Assembly: GCF_006345805.1 (NCBI RefSeq)
Contig: NC_043013.1
Coordinates: 20,770,001 to 20,834,000 of the forward strand
Source: Octopus sinensis
Lineage: Eukaryota
DNA: 64,000 nt
Direction: 5' to 3'
The first letter of the stretch is position 1. Each line of letters begins with the position of its first letter. Below, piece by piece: positions 1 through 11,329 of the stretch. Both the position numbers and the translations under genes were made by a program. The notes beneath the pieces are model-generated. The model was not told where the DNA came from. It did no database searches and was given only the letters and a program-made list of their open reading frames with translations.

Positions 1-70
1 GGTACTATTTTATGGACCCCGAAAGTATAAAATGCAAGGTGAACCTCGGCGAAATTTGAACGTAGAACAT
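1..70 (-). mobile_element. Fragment of abundant SINE-like repeat (family C, 'gttctgagttcaaattccgccgaggtcgac' type)
   Basis: Matches the reverse-strand copies at 45030-45120 and 58660-58812 (gtact..tttat.gaccccgaaag...aaggt.gacctcggcg.aatttgaa). Confidence 0.7.
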
Positions 71-1690
71 TTGTCATACATAAGAGTAACTTGGGCGTAA
101 GCAGAAACAGTAAGAACACTAAAAAAATTGCAGTAGGTTTCATGGACATTCGGTAATAGTTATAAACTCTTTCTTTTGGAATTCTTTTGACCCAGGAAAT
201 TAATTTAAGCACAGCCAATGCTTTAGGCTTAAAAAAAATTAATGGCTTAGTGACGATGGCTTGGGTTCGATCTCACAACACTACACCTTGGAACATGTTT
301 CTTACCATAACAGTAAAATTTGGTGGGGATAAAAACTGTGTGGAATGACTTCAAGTGAGATTTCTCAGTTTTGAGAAGGTAGATAAAACATGTCAACCTT
401 TATACCATCAACCTCTGGTCTCTAGTAACATTTAACGGAGCTTTCTGAGTTGTGGATATTTGGCCCAAGCCGCCGTCCTGTGATAAAGCCTCCCTCTCCC
501 CTCACCAATTTCGGAAGCTCTGGAAAATATCATGCTTATCTCCCTTACCACTCCAACTAAGCAATCATGCAAATGTAGCCAAGAAGTTTGAGGCGTGACT
601 GATATAAACTAGTTTCTATATCAGAAGACACTAAAGCTATAGAGTTCCAGGAAGTGGGTTGTAGAAAGATATCTCCTTAAAGAAATGTCAAGATCGCAAG
701 ATGGTTTATGTTAAAAATAAAACATTCCCATTCTCATATATACATGCAGTAGTCACAAGTGTGGTGCATATGATGGTATATGTTAGTCGGCATTGAATAT
801 ATTTATTCACTACACATTTCATATGTACAAATTCATTATCATTTAACGTCCGTTCCCAATGCTGGTACGTAAGTCCAAAAATAATGCATAGACGATGGTA
901 TAAATACAAGAAACACACTGCAGTACCTACATATGGGCATAAACGCAAATATACGCATATACACACACAGATACGTGTGTGCGTGTGTTTGTGTGTGTGT
1001 GTTTGTCTGTATGCGCGTGTATGTGCCTGTGTGTGTTTGGCTGTGTCTGTGTATATTGTATGTATGTGTGTATATATATATATGTATTTGAGATTAGTTT
1101 AGAAAGGTTAGAAACATTAGATTTTGTATATTTTCTGATAACAAGTAAAAAAAATAGAGAATTTTTCTCATTATTTGTCTGAAGTTGTTTTTAAATTAAT
1201 AGGAAACGGAAGGTTGTTCTGGCAGCTATTTATATTCGTATTTATCTAGAATATTAAATTTGAAATATTACAAAAAAATATATTGCCGAAGAAACAATAA
1301 TTAAATCTATATATTCACATAGAATGAATAATATATATTATATATATATATATTAATATATATATATATCATATATATATAATATATATAATATATATAT
1401 ATATATATAGATATAACATATATATGTATGTATATATGTGTATGCATATATATATATAACGTATACATACACACAGACACACGCACACACATACACACAC
1501 TTATATATGTATGGGTTATCAGTTATAACACTAAACAAAACTTTTATTCAATATTGTCCCAAGTGCATATAAACGTTTATTTATTATTTATTGCAGATAT
1601 TATGTAATCTGCTGGAATATTTAGGTTTTTAAACTTAGTGGTGTTACGAAACTGAACACATAAAGACTGACCCTACCTGAGGTGTAAATA

Positions 1691-1801
1691 CAGTAGTACC
1701 TCGGTTTTCGACAACTCTGATTGCAAATAATTCGTGATTTATATATATATAAAGCAAGATTTATTCGTGACAAGAGGGGTTCGTAAACCGAGGTAATACT
1801 G
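1691..1801. mobile_element. Tc1/mariner-superfamily (pogo/Tigger-like) MITE with central (TA)n
   Basis: TA|CAGTAGTACCTCGGTTTTCGA ... TCGTAAACCGAGGTAATACTG|TA: 21-bp TIR with 2 mismatches, TA target duplication, CAG..CTG termini. Confidence 0.8.
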
Positions 1802-1923
1802 TATTAAATAAATATGAGAAAGACAAGAGATGTAGTACGATTTCGAACAGTCTGGTTTTCGAACAGCTCTGATCGCGAATAATTCGTGATTTATATATAT
1901 ATATATATCTGTGGGGGGGGGGT

Positions 1924-2196
1924 GAAGGCGTATGGCTCGTGGTCGGAGTCTAGAACTTACGACCGTGAGGTTGTGAGTTCGATTCCCGGACTGGGCTGCG
2001 TGTTGTGTTCTTCAACAAGATACTTTATTTCACGTTCCTCCAGTTCACTCAGCTGTAGAAATAAGTTGTGAGGTCACTGGTGCCAAGCTTCTATCAGCCT
2101 TTGCCTTTCTTTTGGATAACATTGGTGGCGTGCAGTGGGGAGGCCGGTATGCATGGGTGACTGATGGTCTTCCATAATCAACCTTGCCCGGACTTA
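1924..2196 (+). mobile_element. tRNA-derived SINE (family B)
   Basis: A-box-like tggctcgtgg, B box gttcgattcc (1977-1986); same family as the reverse copies at 16823-17125 and 29900-30035. Confidence 0.8.
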
Positions 2197-2199
2197 AGT

Positions 2200-2745
2200 T
2201 AATTTGATTTGAAAACCCCACTAGAATGGGAGAAAGCGATAATGATCTAAGTGATATGAGATATATATAAAAAATGTAGTATACAAATAAATATCTGTAA
2301 ATATAAACTATCCGATTTTCTGAGTACCTCATTTCTTCTAATATATAATACCTGTACATCATCTCCAAACATTCCAATATACATATATATGTATATATAT
2401 ATATATAACTGCTAGCAGCCACTGACCATTCAAAATACGACCATCAAGGCACTCCCAAATTTTTCCACCCCCTCTCCTCATCAACCTTCTTCTTCTTCTA
2501 CCCTACCAAGAATTCACAACGGCCTCGAACACACAAGTGCAAACAAGGGAGACAGAGAAAGGCAGAATACCACTTATATTTGAACACTATACAAATATTC
2601 CTTTAAAAAAAATTTTCTTTTAATTTTTCCAAATTTAATTATTTAATCGTTACAGTTGAAAAGGTCTCAAAATGACCGAAACCGGTACTGAAATATTCTT
2701 TATAAAATTATTTTAGCATTTTCTATTTTGACTTGTTTTTTCATA
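2200..2745 (+). mobile_element. Probable Penelope-like element 3' region
   Basis: Ends in an HHR fold followed by an AT-rich tail abutting (TA)n, the same architecture as the GIY-YIG-bearing PLE at 36181-37510; no coding remnant recognised. Confidence 0.55.
2649..2694 (+). ncRNA. Minimal type I hammerhead ribozyme motif, U3-A8 core variant
   Basis: cag-TTGAAAA-ggtc(tcaaaat)gacc-GAAA-ccgg-TA-ctg: helix I cag/ctg (extendable), perfect 4-bp helix II, palindromic helix III accggt, GUA cleavage triplet. Confidence 0.7.
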
Positions 2746-2753
2746 TATATATA

Positions 2754-2812
<59 letters not shown>

Positions 2813-3700
2813 GTAAAGCAAGATTTATTCGTGATCAGAGGCGTTCGTAAACCGACTTAATACTGTAATTAAATGAAAGACAAGAGATGAAGTACGATTT
2901 ATTGGTGATCAGAGTTGTTGTACTCTGATGTTTTGGCTCCTATGTAAATTTGGATCCAAACGATGCATACAGTTTGGGATTTCAGTCTTCAGTTCTGGTT
3001 TATATCAATATTTCTTACTTAGCTAAACTGCATGTTCATTGTATATTGAGGAATGGTGAAGATTAATTCGGGTTTTCATGAGATGTAACACCAATGAGAC
3101 CATGCTCACTAGAGAGTAACTGAACTCAATGCTGTTCTTAATCGATAATTAATTTTCTAAAGGTGGACTTCTCTTGAGAGAGCCTTTCTAATGTGTTTCT
3201 GTAGTAAGTTTTCAGTAGTTAGATTTAGATATGTGATATTATGCATATTACGAGGTAATTTATAGTGAAACTGAAATGGCACAATTTGAAATAAAGTTAA
3301 GTCTCATTTTAATTAGAACACAACTAGGATTAGAATCTACACCTAAATGTCTTAATAATAGTCTAAATAAGCACACACACACACACACACACATACACAC
3401 ACACACACACACCACAAAGAGTGTACTTTTGGCCTCACATACAACAACGTTCAAACTTAAGCGAACGGCGTAGCTTTTTATTTCTCTTTAACTTTTCTCA
3501 TCTGCGCTTCATCCACACGCAACAAACAGACATCAAACGTCGAAGCCGCATTGAGTCTTGAGGGCCTCATTCGGGCAGAGTATGATAAGTTATCTATACC
3601 TTAACAACAGAGGAATTCGACAATTTCTCTTTGGAATTTCAACATTAGTAGTAGGGTATATTTTTTATGCATGTATGTAGGTATGTATGCATGTACGTAT

Positions 3701-4183
3701 GTATGTAATTGTTCAATTTTATTTCAAGATTCCTTGCCAATAGAGAAAGAGTTGATTTCTAACTTAGATCCAAGCTTCCTTCATTGGAATACCGGTATCA
3801 ACAACAGGGTATTTTTGTATGTCTGTATGTGTGTATGTCAATATTCAGTTTATTTCAAGATTTCTTGCCAATAGAGAAAGAACCGGCTTCTAGCCTAGAT
3901 CCAAGGCTCCTTCATTGGAATTTCGACATCAACAACAGGGTATGTATGTATGTATATATGTTTGTATGTATGTATGTATGTATGTATGTATGAATGTATG
4001 TATGTATGTATGTATGTATGTGTGTATGTATGTATGTATGCTTGTCATTATTCAGTTTATTTCAAGATTTCTTGCCAATAGAGAAAGAACCGGCTTCTAG
4101 CCTAGATCCAAGGCTCCTTCATTGGAATTTCGACATCAACAACAGGGTATGTATGTATGTATATATGTTTGTATGTATGTATG

Positions 4184-4215
<32 letters not shown>

Positions 4216-4350
4216 TGTGTGTATGTATGTATGTATGCTTGTCATTATTCAGTTTATTTCAAGATTTCTTGCCAATAAAGAAAGAGTTCATTTCTTGCTT
4301 AGATCCAAAGTTCTTTCATTGGAATACCAGCATCATCAACAGGGAAGTTT
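3701..4350 (+). repeat. Tandem array of four ~105-bp units separated by (TATG)n
   Basis: Cores at 3729-3808, 3860-3939, 4067-4146 and 4264-4343, each 80 nt with no indels; copies 2 and 3 are identical. Confidence 0.9.
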
Positions 4351-5047
4351 TGTAGGTATGTATGAATGTATGTATGTATGTATGTATGTATGTATGTATG
4401 TATGTATGTATGTATGTATGTGCAAAATCGTATGTTTTGTCTTATGTGTATATTGCCATGCATTTAGTTGCATATCTAGGCATGCTCATATATATATATT
4501 TAAATGATAAACTTCTGGAAAGTTTTACAAATTTTTACAGTTCCAGTGATGGATTGGATCTGTAGTCTTCGAATTAGCTTTCACCCTTCTGATTTTGAGA
4601 AATCTAATTCCTGAAGATTAGTATTTAGGCGGAGTGTTACAAATCCCAGGGTATGTATTTATGCATGTATGTATGCATGCATGCATGAATGTATGTAAAT
4701 ATGAATGTTTGTATGTATATATGCTTGTGTGTATGTATGTGTGTGGTTCCTGTGGCTGTTTTTTTTTATAATTTGAATAAGCCTTTTGAAGATGTGGTGT
4801 AACTTCACATTTCACAACCTAGCGGATCGACAAACAGACATTGAATAAATAGGCAGCCATGAAATAATAATAATTGTTACTGCAAAGCCACAATCCAGCA
4901 ACGAAAGTAACAAAGACTTGTGGGTGGGTGTGCGTGTTTGTCTGTGTGTGTGTTTGTTTAATTGTCGGTGTGTATGTAATTGTGAGTGTGTGTGTGTGTC
5001 TGCGTGTGTGCACGTGTGTGTATGTCATTGCTTTTGTGCTTGTTCTT

Positions 5048-5250
5048 TCTCGCCACCGCTTGACAACTTGTGCTGGTTTGTTTACGTTCCCGTAACTTAG
5101 CGGTTCGAGAAAAGGTACCAATAGAACTAGTACCAGGTTTTAAAACATATATAAATACTGAGGTCGATTCTTTCGACTAAAGAAAATTCAAGTCGAAGCC
5201 CCAGCATGGTCGCAGTGTAATGACTGAAACAAGTAAAAGAGTAAAAGAAT
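5048..5250 (+). mobile_element. 3' half of CORE-type tRNA-derived SINE (family A, OR1/OR2-like)
   Basis: cgcttgacaac..gtttacgt.cccgtaacttagcggttcg ... cagcatgg.cgcagt..aatgactgaaacaagtaaaagagtaaaaga tail; reverse complement of the 19188-19380 segment. Confidence 0.8.
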
Positions 5251-5264
5251 AAACGAATATGTGT

Positions 5265-5592
5265 GCGTGTGTGTTTGTGCGTGATGTGTGTGTTTGTTTG
5301 TGTGTATGTGTGTGTGTTTGTGTGTCTGTGTTTGTGTGTGTGCATGTGTGTGTGTGTGTGTGAGTGTGTGTGTGTGTTTGTGTGCGTGTGAGTGTGCGTG
5401 TGAGTGTGTGTGTGAGTATGTGTGTGTGCGTTTGTGTGTGTTAGTGTGTGTGTGTGAGTGTGTGTGTGAGTGTGTGTGTGTGAGTGTGTGTGTGAGTGTG
5501 TGTGTGTACGTTTGTGTGTGTGAGTGTGTGTGTGTGCGTGTGAGTGTGTGTGTGAGTGTGTGTGCGTGTGAGTGTGGGTGTGTGTGCGTGTG
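5265..5592. repeat. Long imperfect (TG)n microsatellite
   Basis: Read directly. Confidence 0.95.
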
Positions 5593-5954
5593 TACAGGGG
5601 AAAAGTCTTCATGTTTTTATAACAGTTACTTATTACAGACTCTAATATATATTCCTTGCCGAAACATTATGCTGCTGTTGTTGTTTTTTTGTTCTTGTTA
5701 TTTTTCTTTTGAAACAAATCCTAATTATGACTATACAATCAACTTTGACACATATAACTAAGCTTCGTAGGTTAAAAATAGCTTTGGTTTCTGACATTAT
5801 AAAATAGAAAATAAACAAATTATAGAAAAATAACTCTGTTGCTCTCATAGAATAAATTATATGCAAATGTATGATTAAAATCTACTTTTCTTGTAAAATT
5901 TTATATAAATGTCATTACGCATCCAAACACAAACACAAACACACACATACACAG

Positions 5955-5988
<34 letters not shown>

Positions 5989-6310
5989 CCTCTTTTTCTG
6001 CGCCTATCAACATCCGCATTTCAACGCACATACATATATTAACATAGAAGCACATATATCAATATACATATATGTACGCATAATTACACACACATATATG
6101 TATGTGTAGGTTTATGTATAAATATACATATACATATGTGTGTGTATGTGTGAGAGAGAGCGTATATGTGCGAGTGTGTGTGTGTGTGTACAAACAGCAT
6201 TTGTAATGTCTCGTAACACAATTTCTTAAGAACCAATGAAAACTGAAAAAGTGTAACAGTGAACAGGTGAGAGACATATAACTCTTTTGGTGTGTAGTGT
6301 GTGTGTGTGT

Positions 6311-6348
<38 letters not shown>

Positions 6349-6429
6349 TGTGTGCCTGTCTGTGTGTGTATGATTATATATTTATATGGTGGTTGTCAAC
6401 TCCTTGTGCAGAGTTTGACCACCTCCTGT

Positions 6430-7030
6430 ACCTACACTTTAGCACCATCATGGAATCTGATGTGGCTTTTTAAATTAGACAATGCTCTGAAAAGAACCGA
6501 CATTGATGGCACCTACGATTTGCAGATAAGTTCTGCTCTTTGTGGATCTTAAAATGTCTTTTGAGACAGTCGTTGGATTTGCAAAGCTTCTGGTATACAC
6601 TGCATTCAAAGGTGTGCACAGACATATAGTCAGAATAGTTGGTGGAGGTTCGGTCTCCATGCGTTCGCAGATGAGATTTGAGACCAGCAAAAGACAGGCA
6701 TGGTCTGTCACAGACTGTGCACATAAAAAAGCTCATTGTCATTCACCTTCTTCATTGTTACATTCTTCCTTGGATCTCTCATGAGTCTTATTTCCGTTAT
6801 TCTGGCCTCTTCAAATGCCTTCACTCCACACCTTTGTTCGCCATCCAACTCGATCGGAAGCAAAGGTTTCTATATCTTCTGGAACCATTCCAAGTGACTA
6901 CATGCCGTCCTTAGACCTTTTTTTTTAGGTTTATACCGATAGCGTTTCCCCTCTGCAAGCTCACCATTAAACAGCTGTTTCGGCATGCGTCCATCTGTCA
7001 TTCGAACAATATGGTCACATCATAGCTTTA
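6430..7030 (-). pseudogene. Decayed RTE-clade LINE 3' end (RT C-terminal region plus C2H2 fingers)
   Basis: Minus-strand translation HIVRMTDGRMPKQLFNGELAEGKR...DRVGWR...FEEAR...FMCTVCDRPCLSFAGLKSHLRTH, with stops and frameshifts; typical RTE C-terminus. Confidence 0.85.
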
Positions 7031-7037
7031 ATTGAGG

Positions 7038-7105
7038 AACCTATACGCGAAGGAAACCGGGAAACCGGCCCTAATGAGCCAGGCATGGCTTGAGAAGGAA
7101 CAAAC
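7038..7105 (+). mobile_element. 3' tail fragment of the family D SINE
   Basis: aaaccgggaaaccggccctaatgagcc..gc.tggcttga resembles the reverse complement of 26035-26080. Confidence 0.6.
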
Positions 7106-8394
7106 ATCAACCTGAAGCAGATGTCATTGCTGCTACAGCTCACGAGTAAACTGTGTAGCCCACATGTAAGCCTGCCAGAGACGATTACTGAACAAGAACA
7201 ATCAATAGTTACGTTACTTTACATACCATGCGTTTACCATCGGCGTAATTAAATACTCCAAAATTTCATTATGTATAAAATTGCCTGCGCGAGATAAAAA
7301 TGGAATACAATAAGTCTAAACATATTAAATTCAATTATTTAAAGCCTTCTCTATAACAAATTGAAAAGGTAAATATTCTTGGCTAATCACTTGTCACAAA
7401 AAGAAATAACGACGATATTCTATGCAGCTTTCATAGTTCGTTGCTCACTCGAAGATGATAATTTAATCAGCATACATATACCCTGGAAGAGAATTCATAA
7501 GAAATCACTATTAAAATTAAGCACAAACAAGTTCATAGTTGTATTGATTAGACTGAAATAATGTCGCATGTTCATAGGCAGTCTAAAGGAATTAGTACTA
7601 AGTATTTTTTTCACGTTGCAGCTGTAGGAGCTCAAAATTAATTGAAATCAGTTAAACTACATTTTTGTTTTAACATGGCTTCGAGACTGAAAACTTAGCT
7701 AAAAAAAAATAGTCGGTTTTTCTTAATTCTGTAACAGAAAAAAAAAAGCACGTCGCCCATGAAGGATATGGTATTCAAATTAGCTCCAGGGATTTGAGCT
7801 AAGTACTAGTCTGTATGCGATTAGTGATTTGCCGGGAGCTATCTTCGTGGTAAGAAAGGTGAATGTGGATTTACCATCCTATGAACAGTCAATAAGACGT
7901 GAAGCATGTCAGATTACCTTAGGTTTCAGTATGCGTAAATGATAAATAGCATCTAAACAGTTTAATGTTTCGCAGTGAAGTATTTGAATTACAATGGTTT
8001 AACTACATTAAAACTAGATCGAGTTTTATTACAAGTCCGAGTTAAATTTAAGGCAGTTAAATGTAGGATGCATTTAAATGTTATACGCACGAGTGAGCGG
8101 ACAGACGAAAGAAAGCAATCGTATGTATTTAGTATCAATTCGACTTAGTTCCATATTACATACAGTTTCGTGGTGTAATACGCGGCAACATCATCAGATG
8201 CCGGAGTTATTATCCGGAACGTCCGACGTTCAAGTTGTCTGCGGCCCATGAATCTTCAAATGATGTGGAGCTGAGTCAAACCATAATCATATGTACAAGC
8301 AAATACACACACACACACTCACATACACACACATACACACACATATACACACATATATATATACATTCGTACACACACACACACCACACACACA

Positions 8395-8451
<57 letters not shown>

Positions 8452-8917
8452 ATTTAGACAAGTAATATACCGTATATACGAACTTGAAGAATTTCTCTTA
8501 ATTCGTATAGAAGCGTTTCTCTCACTGCGGACCAACCAAAACCTTCTTTGGGCGGAGATTCGTTTCGGGAGCTCTTTTTGTTCATGAGAGCGTGAAAATA
8601 GCAAAGCATTCATTTCGGTTTCTGTAAACACGTGGCGGAAGGGAGAGACATAAAGAGAATTTTGGATAGACTGAAGCTTTAGGTTGAAAGGAGAAGAAAA
8701 AGACGGCGAAGGTAGAGAATGATTATCGATCAAAGTATGGGAATTGATGACGGTGTTTGGCGGCGGCGGTGGCGGCGGTGGTGGCGGTAGCGTTCGCGGT
8801 GAGGTTGTGGTCTTGGGTGATCGGTGGTCTGTAAACAAATTCACGGTAACGATATGCAAACTCATCATTGCATGCAAACACATACACTCTATATTTACAC
8901 ACACACACACACACACA

Positions 8918-8963
<46 letters not shown>

Positions 8964-9059
8964 CTATTTTCATAGAAATTATTAGCTATCTATTGATACA
9001 CACTCATATATACGTACATATATATATATATATAAATATGTATATATATATATATATAT

Positions 9060-9126
<67 letters not shown>

Positions 9127-9501
9127 TATACATATATATGTATGTATATGTGTGGGTGTGTGTGTAACATACGTGAGTCAACACGCTGAAGCAGGCTGTC
9201 CACTTCCTCCTCTAACATTTACCCAAACATCTACCTTCTCACCTATCCACCTTCAGATCCATTCTTCTAACAACATTCCGCTCTGCCTTTCTCCCATTAT
9301 TCTCTCACAATATACAGAGATATTTATTCTCCTTTGAAGCCATTTTTTCGCTTTACATTCAACAATTCATAAATTGCCACCAACAGAATCGATGGCGACT
9401 ATTCTCTAATAGGACTTACCATTATGTTTCTTCAGCACAGAATCTCGCTATAAAACTTCTCTTATATCCCTTTGTGCATTTTAGGGGATAAAACTGTGAC
9501 T

Positions 9502-9502
<1 letters not shown>

Positions 9503-9571
<69 letters not shown>

Positions 9572-9594
9572 CATCATCATTATTATTATCATCA

Positions 9595-9644
<50 letters not shown>

Positions 9645-9766
9645 TTTGTTGCTGCTGCTGTTGCTGTTGCTGTGGTTGGCGTCATCCTAATTGTTGTTTT
9701 TAGTAGTAGTAGCAGTAAGTAGTTGTAGTAACAGCAGTAGCAGCAGCAGCAGTAGTAGTAGTAGAA

Positions 9767-9836
<70 letters not shown>

Positions 9837-9840
9837 CAGC
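9503..9840. repeat. Compound trinucleotide microsatellites (ATT)n/(ATC)n/(GCT,GTT)n/(TAG)n
   Basis: Read directly. Confidence 0.95.
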
Positions 9841-10242
9841 ACGTTGTAGGTAAATACAATAATAGGAACATTGGTATCGCTGCATTTAGTACCCGACATT
9901 ATGAGGGGAAACGGTAACGCCAACACTTGTTTAATGCTTTATTTCTCGTCTGAGATCGGCATAGCCATGTTTCTGTTAACAGCTTCACCCTTCTCAAACG
10001 CGTGGTTTTAGTTTCCCCCTTAATTGGTAACGAGCAAAGCTTTAGGTATGTGTATTCCCTTATAGGAATCTTATAAATCTTGGAAGTAAAATTTCTTGGA
10101 ATTTGGTGGGTGTGTTCCTATTTTTGTGCGATAGAAGTAATTTTCTGCGAACGTTGATAAAACTAAGTCCGTGCTTCAAGTGTTCAGTCAAAGATCTTTG
10201 ATCCGTTACAAGTATGATTAAGGTATCCAGTGTGAATATGAT

Positions 10243-10274
<32 letters not shown>

Positions 10275-10285
10275 ATATATATATT

Positions 10286-10329
<44 letters not shown>

Positions 10330-11199
10330 CTTCGTTCTCCTACCCCACCCCATTAATATAAGAAGAGATAGATAAATGGTTTCACGATGTTTCTTCCTTC
10401 GTTTAGTCACTGATAAAAAACAATCCAGTTCACTTTCCTGAATTTGTTGCTTTGAAATGCACCGACATTTCCCAGACATATTACGTAAGGGCTTCGACAT
10501 TTGGTAATATCTACAACTTCTCAATAATTTTTATACGGGATATTCTACCAAAATCTTTTGTTCTACTAGTCAAAATACAACACGTAAGGGATTTATATAT
10601 AATTCATGGTCCCCACTTTAGGCGATTTGTCAATAAACAAATGCAATTGTTGTGAAGGGATGAACTACAGTACTGTGATGATTTTCGGTTGTACTTCAAT
10701 GTTCTCATAGCATCCGTTTAGAACCAGGTCCCTGGAGCTTTTCAAAAATGATATGGAGCTCATCATTGAGCCCAATGTAAAATTGATCAATGTTTAATTT
10801 AACTTGTCTACGAATGAAAGTTTTACATGGTTCTAATGTGGAAATAACCGTTATTTTTTAAAAGGAACTGAATCTAGAGACTCATTAGCTATTGCTACTG
10901 ATCTAGTGTGTGTGTGTGTGATTGTGTGTGTGTGAGTATTCCAAACAGCCACAGCGTTGAAACGTTGTTAAAGAACAAATGATGTAAACTTGTGTTTATC
11001 ATTATTCCTCCAACATTTACTCTCTATATCATAACTGGCAATGTTTCCGTTGGGCGATGAATGTGGTAGTAAACAAACTGCTATGCTAGAAGCAGACGAC
11101 ATTAGGATAATCAGCTCGATGCTCAAAACTCAACAGTGGTAGTTGTATATGTGACTGTACACAGAAGATATATACGTATATATGTGTGTGTGTATTTGT

Positions 11200-11200
11200 G

Positions 11201-11234
<34 letters not shown>

Positions 11235-11235
11235 C

Positions 11236-11266
<31 letters not shown>

Positions 11267-11296
11267 CATACATACATACATACATACATACATACA

Positions 11297-11326
<30 letters not shown>
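11200..11326. repeat. (TACA)n microsatellite
   Basis: Read directly. Confidence 0.95.

Positions 11327-11329
<3 letters not shown>

Larger units (their letters stand above)
1848..2865. mobile_element. Second, tandemly duplicated copy of the same MITE, interrupted in its (TA)n core by a SINE and a PLE fragment
   Basis: Left half (ggttttcgaacagctctgatcgcgaataattcgtgattt) at 1848-1892 and right half (aaagcaagatttattcgtgatcagagg..taatactgta) at 2815-2867; downstream flank (aaagacaagagatg.agtacgattt) is also repeated. Confidence 0.7.

Noticed and set aside
1924-2000. tRNA genes at SINE heads (also 17040-17125 and 26260-26332)
   Set aside because: A/B boxes are present, but no complete cloverleaf or acceptor stem is evident, and each runs into a SINE body repeated elsewhere in the window.
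3701-4350. CRISPR-like repeat/spacer array
   Set aside because: The context is eukaryotic, the 'spacers' are (TATG)n, the units are ~105 bp and there are no cas genes.
6470-6742. Host C2H2 zinc-finger gene
   Set aside because: It is contiguous with frameshifted RTE C-terminal motifs, so it belongs to the LINE fossil.
8470-8520. HHR-like words ttgaagaatttctctt
   Set aside because: No downstream GAAA or helix III/UH arrangement.
8287-8973. 228-aa minus-strand ORF with a poly-proline run
   Set aside because: Both ends are microsatellite, the poly-Pro comes from the (GGC/GGT)n run, and no splice or homology support is visible.
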